NCBI GenBank assembly: GCA_030390025.1
Contig: CM059432.1
Span: 153,762,001 to 153,826,000, forward strand
DNA: 64,000 nt
DNA from: Squalus acanthias
Taxonomy: Eukaryota
Reading direction: 5' to 3'
A program made the position numbers and the translations under genes. Of the stretch, positions 1 to 11,683 are shown piece after piece. How positions within the stretch are numbered: the stretch's first letter is position 1; every line of letters begins with the position of its first letter. Under the pieces are notes generated by a model that was not told the DNA's origin, searched no databases, and saw only the letters and a list, made by a program, of their open reading frames with translations.

Positions 1-86
1 GAAGGTAGGAGGACGGCCAGGAGAGCATTGGAATAGTCAAGTCTGGAGGTAATGAGAGCATGAATGAAAGTTTCAGCAGCAGATGC
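1..86 (-). mobile_element. L2 LINE fragment (RT C-terminal region)
   Basis: Reverse strand resembles L2 'HAFVTSRLDYSNALLAGLP'; similar to 39240-39330 and 45447-45530. Confidence 0.5.
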
Positions 87-769
87 GCTGCCCCCACATC
101 CCAGCCACCTCGCCCAGAGTCCCTCACAACCCAGCTAGAATTGTTCCTGACAGCCCCTACCCTAAAGTCACTCCCGGTCCACCCTGACACCTATACCATG
201 TCATTTGCAGCCCGGCATTATCCCCCCAGCCCACCCAAGTGTTTGCCACCCATATTCTTCTCTACCCACTTGTTTTCTGATCAACTGTTGCTGTGGTTCC
301 ATTCTCCTACTGTACTTACCAACTGTAATTGTGATTACATACCCCGCAGTAATTTAAAAGGTCAGTCCTTGTTTCAGCCAATCACTAATTTTTGCCCTAC
401 TGACGTACAACGCCCAGAAGTGTGACACGATGGACTCACACTAGATGCAAGACTTTTATTTATAAAGAATACTCTCTCAAGGGATGGATTGTTGTGGTTT
501 TCTTTGTGCTTCTCATTGCTGGTGATTATTAGAAGTGGTGGCTAAGGCTTTGATAGCTGGGAGTAGCTTGAAAGGGATGTCTGTATACTCGGACAGCACT
601 GTAACAGTTGAAATTGGCAGGAAAGGCCTCTGGTTCCCATTATGTTTCACATCACTTATTTGTAGAACTTGCACTCGATCCCTTATCACTGTTGTGAATA
701 AAATCACTGAAAGCTCTGGGTAGAGGAACTACAGGAATGGTCATTTTGGTGGGCAGTATCTTTTCAGGC

Positions 770-1565
770 AGATACACACACAGCACACACATACCCCGCA
801 CACGCACATGCACACACGCACACACACCAGTGGAGGAGAAAGGGGGAGATGCACACAGGAGTGGAGGAGACAGACACACACATGCAGGAGAGGGAAAAGG
901 GAGCACAACCACAGGAGTCGGGGAGGGAGAGAGACAGACAGATGCAGGATGAGAGAAGGAAACGCAGGAGTGAGAGAAAAAGTAAAAAAGAAAGACTTGC
1001 ATTTCTATAGTGCCTTTCACAACCACCAAACGTCTCAAAGCGCTTTACAGCCAATGAAGTACTTTGGAGTGTAGTCACTGTTGTAATGTGGGAAACGTGG
1101 CAGCCAATTTGCACACAGCAAGCTCCCACAAACAGCAATGTGATAATGACTAGATAATCTGTTTTTGAGAGAGGGAAGAAAAGAAAGAGAATATGGGGGA
1201 AGAGAGAAAAAAAACACACACACAGGAGTAAAGCAGAGAGGAAAGACATGCACACTCGGGAATGGAGGGGAGAGATTGAGAGAAATGCAAACACAGTAGT
1301 AGGGGAGGAAAGGTAGAACAGGGAGGAGGGAGAGGGGAAGGAGAAGGGAGAGGAAAGAGAAAAGCACACACGGAGGAGCAGGAGAGCAAGGGATAAACAT
1401 ATTGGAGTGCGGGAGGAAGGAAGGGACACATGCAGGAGAGGAAAGAAAGAGAAAGGTATACACGTAGAACTGGGGAAGTGAGGGAGAGCGCACTGAGGTG
1501 GTGAAGAGAAGGAGAATGCACAGGAGTGGAAGAGACAGAAAAAACAACACAGAAGCAGAACAGAA
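770..1565 (+). repeat. Purine-rich GA/CA low-complexity tract
   Basis: Strong G/A strand bias with CACACA runs; explains the long S/L/P/F-rich spurious minus-strand ORFs. Confidence 0.7.
991..1166 (-). mobile_element. Deu-type (SacSINE1-like) SINE, 3' half
   Basis: Matches the 3' part of the copies at 10178-10616 and 58050-58496; L2-like tail ...CTATAGAAATGCAAGTCTTT. Confidence 0.75.
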
Positions 1566-3723
1566 AAGGCTTTTTCTTTTCCAGACTGTACCTCTACCTT
1601 TAGCTGGAAGGTATGAGCAGCTGTGAGATTTTATTGATGAGACCCAGTCCATTGGCTTAGAGCATTTCACAAAACACAAGCCGGAGAGTACCACAGGCAC
1701 TTTACTGGAGATATGTGTACACTGGACTACAAACTGACTGTAATCCAGCTCACTATGAAGACAATGTCAATCAACATGATGGCTCGGATACATTTATCTA
1801 GCAATGTACTCAAAACTACCTTCTTAAATTATTTTTTACTTTGCATTTACACAATCATAATCCAACATAAATACAAATAAACATGTTTAATACCAAAAGT
1901 TAGTTGGCAGCAGAATGCAGTATGTGATGTGAGATTATGACAGAAGCAAATGAATAAAAATCTGTGGGGAGAGTTTCCACTTACAGTGCAGTGGCATTGA
2001 AATCGGAAGTGCATGAGTACATCTTGTGTCATGAGTACACGGGAGAGATCGCTTAGCATTTTCTGCTGTCCCTTCACTTAAATCATTATGCACCACTCTC
2101 ATCATTGATCAGGCCATGTGCTAGGAGCATGGGAACTAGGGGAATGGGCTTTCCGCTGAGTACAAAAGAGCTGCAATTGTGAGCAAGTTGGTGGAGACTT
2201 CAAGGGCCCAAGTAATTTGGAGGACTGGTCCCTTTTCAGATAAAGCTGTGGAGATAATGCTGAGGGAGGTGATGTGGGCAAGGTGTTGCTTCTTCCTATT
2301 GTATTTCCACAGGTATGGCTGAGGAGCACTATCTTACAGGGTTTGAGGATAAGGAAGCATCCACCTCACTACACACTGACTCTACCTGCAGCAAACACCA
2401 ACCCAGGAGTATCCAGTCTGGGCTGTGAGATTTAAAGTTAGAGCTGGAATTGGATCACGGTGCAGGGGTGGAACAGACAGCATGACTGAGGAGGATCAGA
2501 GGGGCAGAAGCTGGTCAGAGGATCAACTCAAAGCCACCCTCAGCTGCCAAACTCCACAATTTGCCATCTACTTCCACGCAGATGTTGAGGGAGTATCCAG
2601 AAGAAGGGGTGTGGCAGGAGTGGTCATGGATGAGGGAACTGTGTCTCAGAGTGATCCTCCATGCATGCCTCCCAGCTACCCCATTCAAATGACCTACGCT
2701 GTGCCAGAAAGCAGACAGGCCAAGGCAGCCACCACAGTAGCCGTGGCGGCATCAGTTGCAGTGACATCTTATGACCCTGCAGAAGGAGGTACAGAGCCAC
2801 CACCATTCCAGGAATCATTCAGGAACATCCAGTAGCCGGCCACCTCACTTCCTTCTCCCACAACGGCAGCACCTAGAAAGAGCACTAGGATACATTCACC
2901 ATGCACAATCACAAAGAGGAAGCACCAGGGTAAGGGGCACCAACAACAAGACAAGCACAAAACTGCACTAATAAGTTATTGGAATTGGATTTGGACTTTG
3001 TGCAGACAATTCATTTGTCCTGGGCCACATTTTTTAGCAGGAGCTGAATGATTTGAGGTGAAGTACAGGGTCATATGTCACTTAGGATGAATTTGGCGTG
3101 TCAGTTCGTTGAGAACATAACACAGGATTGCTTTGCGGGGCTGCATGGCAGACACTCCAAGACCTATCCAGACAGTAAAGTTTGTGTTTCAGCAGGGTCT
3201 ATCATATTCTCTATTTGTATCCTTATGGAGCAGAGTACCTAAGTATATTTTCTTTCTGCTGCAGTTTGTGGATTCTACAATAGTATAGCTACGGTTCAAA
3301 AGAATAGCCCTGGCATTTAGAGCACAAATACCATGAAATAATAAGAATAAATGCATTGTGGCAGCTTCCTGGGTACCTGTCAGCTACCTGCATGATATAG
3401 CTCTGATGCTCAAATGCAACCTGATGGAATGGAACCTCTTCCTATTCCTAAATGCCACTGCCTTGGTGAAGGAGTCTGTATGACCACGAGTTCCATAAAG
3501 GAAGGTCTGCACTCAAGGGTAGCCAGTCACTGTGAAAAAGTGATGAGCATGTGGCACCTGAAGGGCATCTGCAGTGCAGCCTTCCTTAACAGTGGACTTA
3601 GCCAAGGGTTCTCTCAGGATTGTCACACCTGATGTTATAGAGACCTCGGACTCCAGTGTCTGTGAATATGTTCTGTCTAGATTCACCAAGTTGGGGAACT
3701 GTCTGGGCAGGATTGTCATAAAA

Positions 3724-5172
3724 TCATAGATCATAGAAAGTTACAGCACGGAAGGAGGCCATTTCGGCCCATCGTGTCCGTGCCGGCCAACAAAGAGCTA
3801 TCCAGCCTAATCCCACTTCCCAGCTCTTGGTCCGTAGCCCTGCAGGTTACAGCATCCCAAGTGCACATCCAAGGACTTTTTAAATGTGGTTAGGGTTTCT
3901 GCCTCTACCACCCTTTCAGGCAGTGAGTTCCAGACCCCCACAACCCTCTGGGTGAAGAAATTTCCCCTCAAATCCCCTCTAAACTTTCCACCAATTAGTT
4001 TAAATCTGTGCCCCCTGGTTTTTGACCCCTCTGTTAAGGGAAATAGGTCCTTTCTATCCACTTTATCTATGCCCCTCATAATTTTATACACCTCAATAAG
4101 TTCTCCCCTCAGCCTCCTCTGTTCCAAGGAAAACCCAGGCTATCCAGTCTTTCCTCATAGCTAAGATTCTCTATTCCCGGCAACATCCTTGTAATTCTCC
4201 TCTGTACCCTCTCTAGTGCAATCACATCTTTCCTGTAATGTGGTGACCAGAACTGCATGCAGTACTCTAGCTGAGGCCTAACTAGTGTTTCATACAGTTG
4301 AATCATAACCCCCCTGCTCTTGTATTCTATGCCACAGCTAATAAAGACAAGCATTCCGTATGCCTTCTTAACCACCTTATCTACCTGGCCTGCTACCTTC
4401 AGGGATCTGTGGACATGCACGCCAAGGTTCCTTTGTTCCTCCACATTACTCAGTGTCCTACCATTTAATGTGTATTCCCGTTCCTTGTTAGCCCTCCCCA
4501 AATGCATTACCTCACACTTCTCCGGATTGAATTCCATTTGCCATTGTTCTGCCCACCTGACCAATTTATTGATATCTTCCTGCAGTCTACAGCTTCCTTC
4601 TTCAGTATCAACCACACAGCCGATTTTACTATCATCTGCAAACTTCTTAATCATACCCCCTATATTCAAGTCTAGATCATTGATATATACCACAAAAAGC
4701 AAGGGACCTAGTACTGAGCCCTGCGGAACCCCACTGGAAACAACCTTCCAGTCACAAAAACACCCATCAACCATTACCCTCTGCTTCCTGTCTCCGAGCC
4801 AGTTTTGAATCCAACTTGACACTTTGCCCTGGATCCCATGGGCTTTTAACTTCGTAACCAGTCTGCTATGTGGAACCTTATCAAAAGTCTTGCTAAAGTC
4901 CATATACACTACATCAAACGCACTACCCTCATCTACCCTCCTTGTTACCTCCTCAAAAAATTCAATCAAGTTTGTCAGACACGACCTTCCCTTAACAAAT
5001 CCGGGCTGACTATCCTTGATTAATCCGTGTCTTTCTAAATGAAGATTTATCCTGTCCTTCAGAATTCTTTCCAATAATTTTCCCACCACTGAGGTTAGGC
5101 TGACTGGCCTGCAATTACTCAGTCTATCCTTTTCTCCCTTTTTAAACAAGGGTACCACATTAGCAGTCTTCC
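3724..5172 (-). mobile_element. CR1 LINE, 5'-truncated (RT and 3' UTR)
   Basis: ORFs 4109-5338 and 3807-4127 with [10 protein letters not shown] and KFADD; TCTATGA-type tail at about 3724. Confidence 0.93.
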
Positions 5173-5454
5173 AGCACCACACCATTGTCCTGAAGAAAAG
5201 CAATGAGGTCTTCCACCCTATGGAGCAATTCATCAGTGACCTGATGCGTGCAGCGCTGAACGGCAGACAGGCTGATCCAACACATGGCATCAAGAGCCAG
5301 AGCCAAGGAAATTCAAGGCAGTGGTGACATAATGCCACGGACAGTCATCCCAGTCGTGGAGGAGGTTTGCAAATCTCACTGCAGGAGACAGCACAGTTCC
5401 AAGAATGCCTCCCTGGTGAAGTGTAAGAGGCAAAAAGACACACCTCCTCAGATA

Positions 5455-5676
5455 TATCCAAGTGTTGTTGAGGGAAAAATAGTGGCCAGGACACCAGAAT
5501 TCACCTGCTCTTTTACCTCCACCTGAGAGGGCAGACAGGGCCTCAGTTTAACGTCCCATCTGAAAGACGCCTCTGACAGTGCAGCACGCTCTCAGAACTG
5601 CACTGAAGTGGCAGTATAGATTAGGCTTAAACCCACGACATTCTGACTCAGGTGAGATGCTGCCACTGAGCCAAGC
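5455..5676 (-). mobile_element. Deu-type SINE, degenerate 5' part
   Basis: tRNA-like head (GGCTCAGTGG...GAGTCAGAA..TCGTGGGTT) and central core similar to the other copies. Confidence 0.65.
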
Positions 5677-6199
5677 TCCTATGCCCCAGCACTGAAGAGC
5701 TTAAAGAACTCAACCTCTGAATACCAATAATGCCAAATAAATAAATTTTCCTTGGCACAGTACAATCTTTCAATCTGGATGGGACCTTCTCCTAAATAGT
5801 ACCTTCCTCTGCATTCACATCTCTCACTCTTCCTGCTCCTCACAGAGTTGCTGCTCCAACAGGGGCAGGCATTTTGCAAACACTTCTTGCTTGCTTCAGT
5901 GAAGGTAATACAACCCAGCTGGAATGTGACAAAGCCCTGGCAGCATAAAGGGTTTCAACTGTTGGAAAATGATGGACTAACTAAAAGTAATGTAATCCAC
6001 CCCTAATAAGAGACTAAATTTACTTCAGGAATGGCAATCATTTACTGCGGTGCTAAAACAATACTGGGAAATGTACTGTAACAGTGGGAGCTTTAATAAG
6101 TTCTTTTACTGCCTGAAATGTTATTTTTCAAACTGCTTTAAGTAGATAGTAAAATGATAGTCTGAAAAGTCTCTCTACAAAAGTTATATTGCTGCTGCC

Positions 6200-6590
6200 T
6201 AATCACTCAGCTGGAAAAGCAAGTGTCTAACTGAGCCATACAGTTATCAGAAACCCTAGGTTTGGTTCCGGGTCTGTGCCCAGTGAGCTGATCTTATTAG
6301 GATGCTACAATTAGCTTCAGTGTCCCTGGATAGGAAAGGGGAGGGGTGAAACAAAAAAAAGGGGAGGGGGGAAATCAGCCAGGGATTCTGAACATCATTC
6401 AGTGAATCCTATTGGAAAGCATGCATGTGTTCACATTGGGTGAGAATGGCATTGGGCTCAGCTGTGATGCCCTCCACAGTTGAACAGCCTGCTGACATTC
6501 ACTGTGTAGGCTCACAAATGAAGAATGGCCATTTGGACACGATACATGAGGACGTCTGTCACCAATGAAGCCAAACCTCAGCAGTATTGG
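6200..6590 (+). mobile_element. AmnSINE2-like SINE, degenerate
   Basis: Motifs CTGAGCCATACAG, GCTACAATT, AAATCAGCCAGGG and TAGGCTCACA..TGAAGAATGGCCA resemble AmnSINE2 as I recall it; not database-verified. Confidence 0.45.
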
Positions 6591-6604
6591 GACTATTTTG
6601 CCCA

Positions 6605-6971
6605 AAACAGAGATGGCTAAGAGTAGATTTAATTGAGGTTTTTAAAACTATGAATGGTTTTGACTGAGTGAATAGGGAAAGACTATTTCCTTGGGTTGGG
6701 GAATCAGTGACAAGGAGTCATCAGTTTAAAGTTGACACTAAGAAAGCAAGGAGAGAAGTTAGGAGAAACTTCTTTAGTCAGAGGGTTGTTAGAGCACTGG
6801 AAGCTTTTCCAACAGGGAGCAGTTGAGGCAGAGACCATTCCATCTTTTAAGGGAAAAGTGGATAAACATTTGAAGCGGAAGACACAGAGCTATAGGGGAA
6901 GAGCAGAACAGTGGGATTAGTTTTGCATTGCTCTAGCAAATAGCCTGCACAGACATGATGGGCTGAATGGC
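6605..6971 (+). mobile_element. Old CR1 3' fragment interrupted by a younger CR1
   Basis: Degenerate 'LIEVFK...FF.QRVV' region; tail GGGCTGAATGGC appears to resume (CCTTC) after 9678. Confidence 0.7.
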
Positions 6972-9678
6972 TGGTAAAAGAAGGGATAAATGCAATTGAA
7001 AGGAAGGATATTAACTCAGTTAATACAGAATCTATATGGGTGGAGCTAAGAAATAGCGAGGGGCGAAAAACATTAATAGGAGTGGTATATAGGCCTCCAA
7101 ATAGTAAAATAGAGGTTGGGGAGGGCATCACGAGGGAAATTAGAGAAGCGTGCAATAAGAGCACAGCTGTCATCATAGGTGACTTTAACTTACATATAGA
7201 TTGGAATAGCCTAATCAGTAAAAATAATGAGGAGGAGGAATTCCTTGAGTGTTTAAGGGATGGTTATCTGGATCAATATGTCGAGGAACCAACTCGGGAA
7301 CAGGCTATATTGGACTGGGTACTGTGCAATGAGAAGGGACTAATTAGTAATCTTGTTGTACGGGGACCCTTGGGTCAGAGCGATCATAACATGATCGATT
7401 TCTCACTCGAAATGGAGAGCGAAGAAATTGACTCAGATACTAAGGTCCTGAATTTAAACAAGGGGAATTATGATGCCATTAGACGGGAACTGAGTAGGTC
7501 TGATTGGACAACGTTCCTGGGAGGACTGGAGGTAGATAAACAATGGCAAGCATTTAAAGATAGAATGACAAAATTGCAAAAATTGTTTATACCAATCTGG
7601 CATAAAAGGAAATCTAAAAAGGTGACTCAACCGTGGATAACAGGGGAAATTAGAGACAGCATAAAATCCAAAGATAGGGCGTATAAAATAGCCAAAAAAA
7701 GCGCCAGAGCGGAAGATTGGGAACAGTTTAAGATAGAGCAAAGGAGGACAAAGGGCTTAATCAAGAGGGGCAAAATAGCTTACGAAAGCAAGCTGGTGGA
7801 AAATATAAAAACTAACTCCAAAAGCTTTTATAAGTATATCAAGAGGAAAAGACTGGTGAAAACCAAAGTTGGCCCATTGCAGTCAGATACGGGGGAATAT
7901 ATAACGGGAAATAAGGAAATGGCAGACCAACTAAATGCATACTTTGGGTCAGTCTTTACGAAGGAAGACACAAAAAACCTCCCTGGGATATCGGGAAAAA
8001 TAGGGACATTTGCAAAGGAGGAACTGACGCAAGTCAATATCTCTAAGGATATGGTGTTAAGGAAGCTAAAGGGATTGAAGGCGGACAAATCCCCAGGGCC
8101 TGATAACATGCATCCTAGGGTGCTGAAGGAGGTGGCCCTAGAGATAGCGGATGCACTAAGTATGATTTTTCAGAATTCATTAGACTCGGGAACAGTGCCC
8201 ATGGATTGGAGGGTAGCTAACGTTACCCCACTATTCAAAAAGGGGGGTAGGGAAAAAGCAGGTAATTACAGACCTGTAAGCCTTACATCAGTTGTGGGCA
8301 AAATGCTGGAGTCCATCATTAAGGATGAAATAGCGGAGCACTTAGCAAATGGGGACAGGATAGGACAGAGTCAACATGGATTTACAAAGGGTAAATCGTG
8401 CTTGACTAATCTATTGGAATTTTTTGAGGGAGTAACTGGTAAAATAGATGGGGGAGAGCCAGTAGATATGGTGTACCTGGACTTCCAAAAGGCCTTCGAT
8501 AAGGTCCCACATAAAAGATTAGCAGGGAAAATTGAAGCTCATGGGATAAAGGGGAAAGTATTGACGTGGATAGAGAACTGGCTGTCAGATAGAAAACAGA
8601 GAGTTGGAATAAACGGCTCATTTTCTGAATGGCAGGCAGTAACAAGTGGGGTACCACAGGGATCTGTCCTGGGTCCCCAGCTGTTCACAATTTACATTAA
8701 TGACCTGGATCAGGGAGTCGGATGCAGCATTTCCAAATTTGCAGACGACACTAAACTAGGAGGGGGGGGTGGGCTCAGAGGAGGAGACCAGGAAGCTCCA
8801 GAGCGATTTGGACAGACTGGGTGATTGGGCGGATAAATGGCAGATGCACTATAATGTGGACAAGTGCGAAGTTATCCACCTTGGGTGCAGGAACGGGAGG
8901 GCAAATTATTATTTAAATGGCAATAAATTGGGAGAGGGGGAAGTACAGAGAGACCTGGGTGTTCTTGTACACCAGTCACTGAAGGCGAGCATGCAGGTGC
9001 AACAGGCGATCAAGAAGGCAAACGGTATGCTGGCCTTCATAGCAAAAGGGTTGGAATACAGGAACAGGGATACCTTGCTGCAGCTGTACAGGGCACTGGT
9101 GAGACCACACCTCGAGTACTGTGTACAGTTTTGGTCGCCTCATCTGAGGAAAGATGTTCTTGCCATGGAGGGGGTGCAGCGGCGATTCACCAGGCTGATA
9201 CCAGGAATGGCGGGATTGACCTATGAGGAGAGACTATGTAGTTTAGGGATGTACACACTGGAGTTTAGAAGATTGAGAGGGGACCTCATAGAAGTGTATA
9301 AAATTCTGACAGGTCTAGACAGACTAGATGCAGAAGGAATGTTTCCCTTGGCGGGTGAGAACAGAACTAGAGGACATAATTTAAGGATAAGGGCTAAACC
9401 ATTTAGGACAGAAATGAGGGGGAATTTCTTCACTCAGAGGGTGGTGAACCTGTGGAACTCATTGCCACAGAGGGCAGTGTACGCCAGCTCATTAAATATA
9501 TTTAAGAGGGAATTAGATGTATTTCTACAGGCAAAAGGGGTTAAGGGTTACGGAGAGAAGGCGGGGACGGGATACTGAATTGGAGGATCAGCCATGATCT
9601 CATTAAATGGCGGAGCAGGCTCGAAGGGCCGGATGGCCGACTCCTGCTCCTATCTTCTATGTATCTATGTATCTATGT
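6972..9678 (+). mobile_element. Young CR1 LINE, truncated within the endonuclease
   Basis: APE motifs (YRPP, GDFN, SDHN), RT, 3' UTR and (TCTATGTA)n tail. Confidence 0.95.
7040..9578 (+). pseudogene. CR1 ORF2 (APE endonuclease-RT), one frameshift at a G-run near 8762-8769
   Basis: ORFs 7040-8824 and 8769-9578 join at [10 protein letters not shown]; no other stops. Confidence 0.88.
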
Positions 9679-10177
9679 ACCTTCAATGGTCTGTACCTTC
9701 AAGAGAGATGGGGAGAGGATTTGGGGAAAAACTTTGTGAAACGTTAAATATTAAAGGTTGGTGTCATTAATATTTACAAACCACACTAAATCCTTGGCAG
9801 CACAGTGACTAAATCTTATACCAAGAACTGATGAAGTTGTCCCAAAGCAGTTGGTTCGGACATTGCATCATTTGGTTATATGTCAAGATCACAGCTGCCT
9901 CAACCTTTTGAAAAGGTAACAACAAAGAATCGTGAGAATGGAACAATTCAGGTAGGAGCGGGGGGGGGCGGTCCTGACAAATGTTGCAGCAGAGATAATA
10001 AGGTTATGTTACCTTCAATAGTTAATGGGAAGGGAGTTAAATAAAAAACCTGAAAAATGTGACTGTTGAATGTTAAACCTGCACTAGGGCCTGTGGTAGC
10101 AAATAGTGTTACAAAAGAAGTGCCATAGTGACATCCAGTGGAAGGCCCACTAAAGCATCTGCTTTTTTATTGAGAAA

Positions 10178-10616
10178 AAAACTTGCCTTTCACAACCTCA
10201 GGATGTCCCAAAGCGCTTTACAGCCAATGAAATATTTTTGAAGTGTAGTCACTGTTGTAATGTAGGGAAACGCAGAAGCAAATGTGCGTACAGCAACGTC
10301 CCACAAACAGCAATGGCCAGATAATCGTTTTTTTTAGTGATGTTGGTTGAGGGATAACTGTTGGCCAGGACACCAGGGAGAACTCCCCTGCTCTTCTTCA
10401 AATAGTGCCATGGGATCTTTTGCATCCACCTGAGAGAGCAGATGAGGTCTCGGTTTAACGTCTCATCTGAAAGATGGCACCTCCAACAGTACATCACTCC
10501 ATCAGTACTGCACTGAAGTGTCAGCCTAGAGTTTGTGCTAAAATCTCTGGAGTGGGACTTAAACCCACGACCTTTTGAGTCAGAGGCAAGAATGTGACCA
10601 CTGAGCCAAGGCTGAC
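10178..10616 (-). mobile_element. Deu-type SINE, near full length
   Basis: tRNA-derived head, core GATGAGACGTTAAACCGAG...AAAGATCCCATGGCAC, L2-like tail. Confidence 0.85.
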
Positions 10617-10772
10617 AATTAAAATGAATCTCATAGGAACTCAGCTCTACTGAGGAAGAACCTAAAATCTATCAAACATACGAACATTATCGACCGTGTT
10701 CCGCAGATATTTCCTGGTATAAACTAATTTTCTCTATTAATATTCTTTATTCAAATTTGAGCAGTCTATTAC

Positions 10773-10846
10773 CTGGTCTTTCTACTTTGATGATTTCTGC
10801 ACCCAGGTCTCCCAAGATCATTGTAGCAAAGGGTCCTGCTAACACC
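10773..10846 (-). CDS. SUGCT: SUGCT (succinyl-CoA:glutarate CoA-transferase, CaiB/BaiF family) coding exon, probably exon 3, 74 bp
   Basis: ttccaaacAG|G GTG TTA GCA GGA CCC...CCA G|GTAATA encodes (R)[24 protein letters not shown](G), the class III CoA-transferase N-terminal motif; phase 2 to phase 1. Confidence 0.93.
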
Positions 10847-10942
10847 CTGTTTGGAATGGAGAATAGAAACAGGCGGTTACATTCGCGGTTAAATTCTTGC
10901 CCAACAAACAGCTTTCTTTTGTATTACTGAACTTGAAGATAC

Positions 10943-10988
10943 CTTGTGAGGTCTAGGATTTTAACACCTTCCAGTGGCTTTACATTTC
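10943..10988 (-). CDS. SUGCT: SUGCT coding exon, probably exon 2, 46 bp
   Basis: ggttttcAG|GA AAT GTA AAG CCA CTG GAA GGT...ACA AG|GTATCT encodes (G)NVKPLEGVKILDLT(R); splices in frame to 10846 across a 96-bp GT-AG intron. Confidence 0.9.
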
Positions 10989-11103
10989 CTGAAAACCAAC
11001 ACACAAAAGTGTTAGAGCTCTTGTCGTCATAGACCCACACATTCAAATTCAACCCACATGGGAGAAGTTACACAAGTGTCATAACACTGGCTTAAAACAA
11101 AGG

Positions 11104-11198
11104 TGAGAAGTCGCACAACACCAGGTTATAGTCCAACAGATTTATTTGAAATCATAAGTCCACCCCAGTCCAACACCGGCATCTCCGCATCATGGCCA
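11104..11198. mobile_element. Miniature Penelope-like insertion (inverted pLTR end plus tail)
   Basis: About 55 bp inverted pLTR end joined to the terminal tail; TSD TTAAAACAAAGG at 11092-11103 and 11199-11210. Confidence 0.8.
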
Positions 11199-11308
11199 TT
11201 AAAACAAAGGGGCTGCACTCTAAGTTATAGACTGTCATCTTTGACTGGTCTACAAAATTGTGAGAAGTCGCACAACACCAGGTTATAGTCCAACAGCTTT
11301 ATTTGAAA

Positions 11309-11345
11309 TCACAAGCTTTCGGAGCGCTGCTCCTTCGTCAGGTGA
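11309..11345 (-). ncRNA. Minimal type I hammerhead ribozyme (PLE pLTR)
   Basis: UCAC-CUGACGA-A-GGAGC agc GCUCC-GAAA-GC-UU-GUGA; helix I, helix II and palindromic AAGCUU helix III. Confidence 0.8.
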
Positions 11346-11683
11346 AGTGAAGAAATACAAATGGGCACAGCATATATAGACAGAGAACAATGCCTGTGCA
11401 GAGAACAATGCCAGACGACTACAGTTAATCTTTCTAACTGCCTTTTATCACACCTCGGCAGAGAGACAATCACGGCAATCAAATCCAACCAGGAAGACAT
11501 TACATCAAAGACGATAGCAAACTACAACTAAGACAATGAGTTGGGTCACAGGGGGTCTAATGTGTCAGATGCTACGGTCTGTATGGAAAACCAAAAACTT
11601 TAAACTTTTTACTTTTTTTTTACTGGAAATCACATCTGTGAACAAGCCAACGACTCGAGTCTGGATGACTACGTCAGGTGGGG

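Noticed and set aside
652..1700. Several 120-220 aa ORFs
   Set aside because: Products of GA-rich low complexity plus a SINE; no domain recognised
2425..2990. ORF ending near PSPTTAAPRKSTR, reminiscent of a Harbinger partner C-terminus
   Set aside because: Similarity too weak; no TIR or transposase identified
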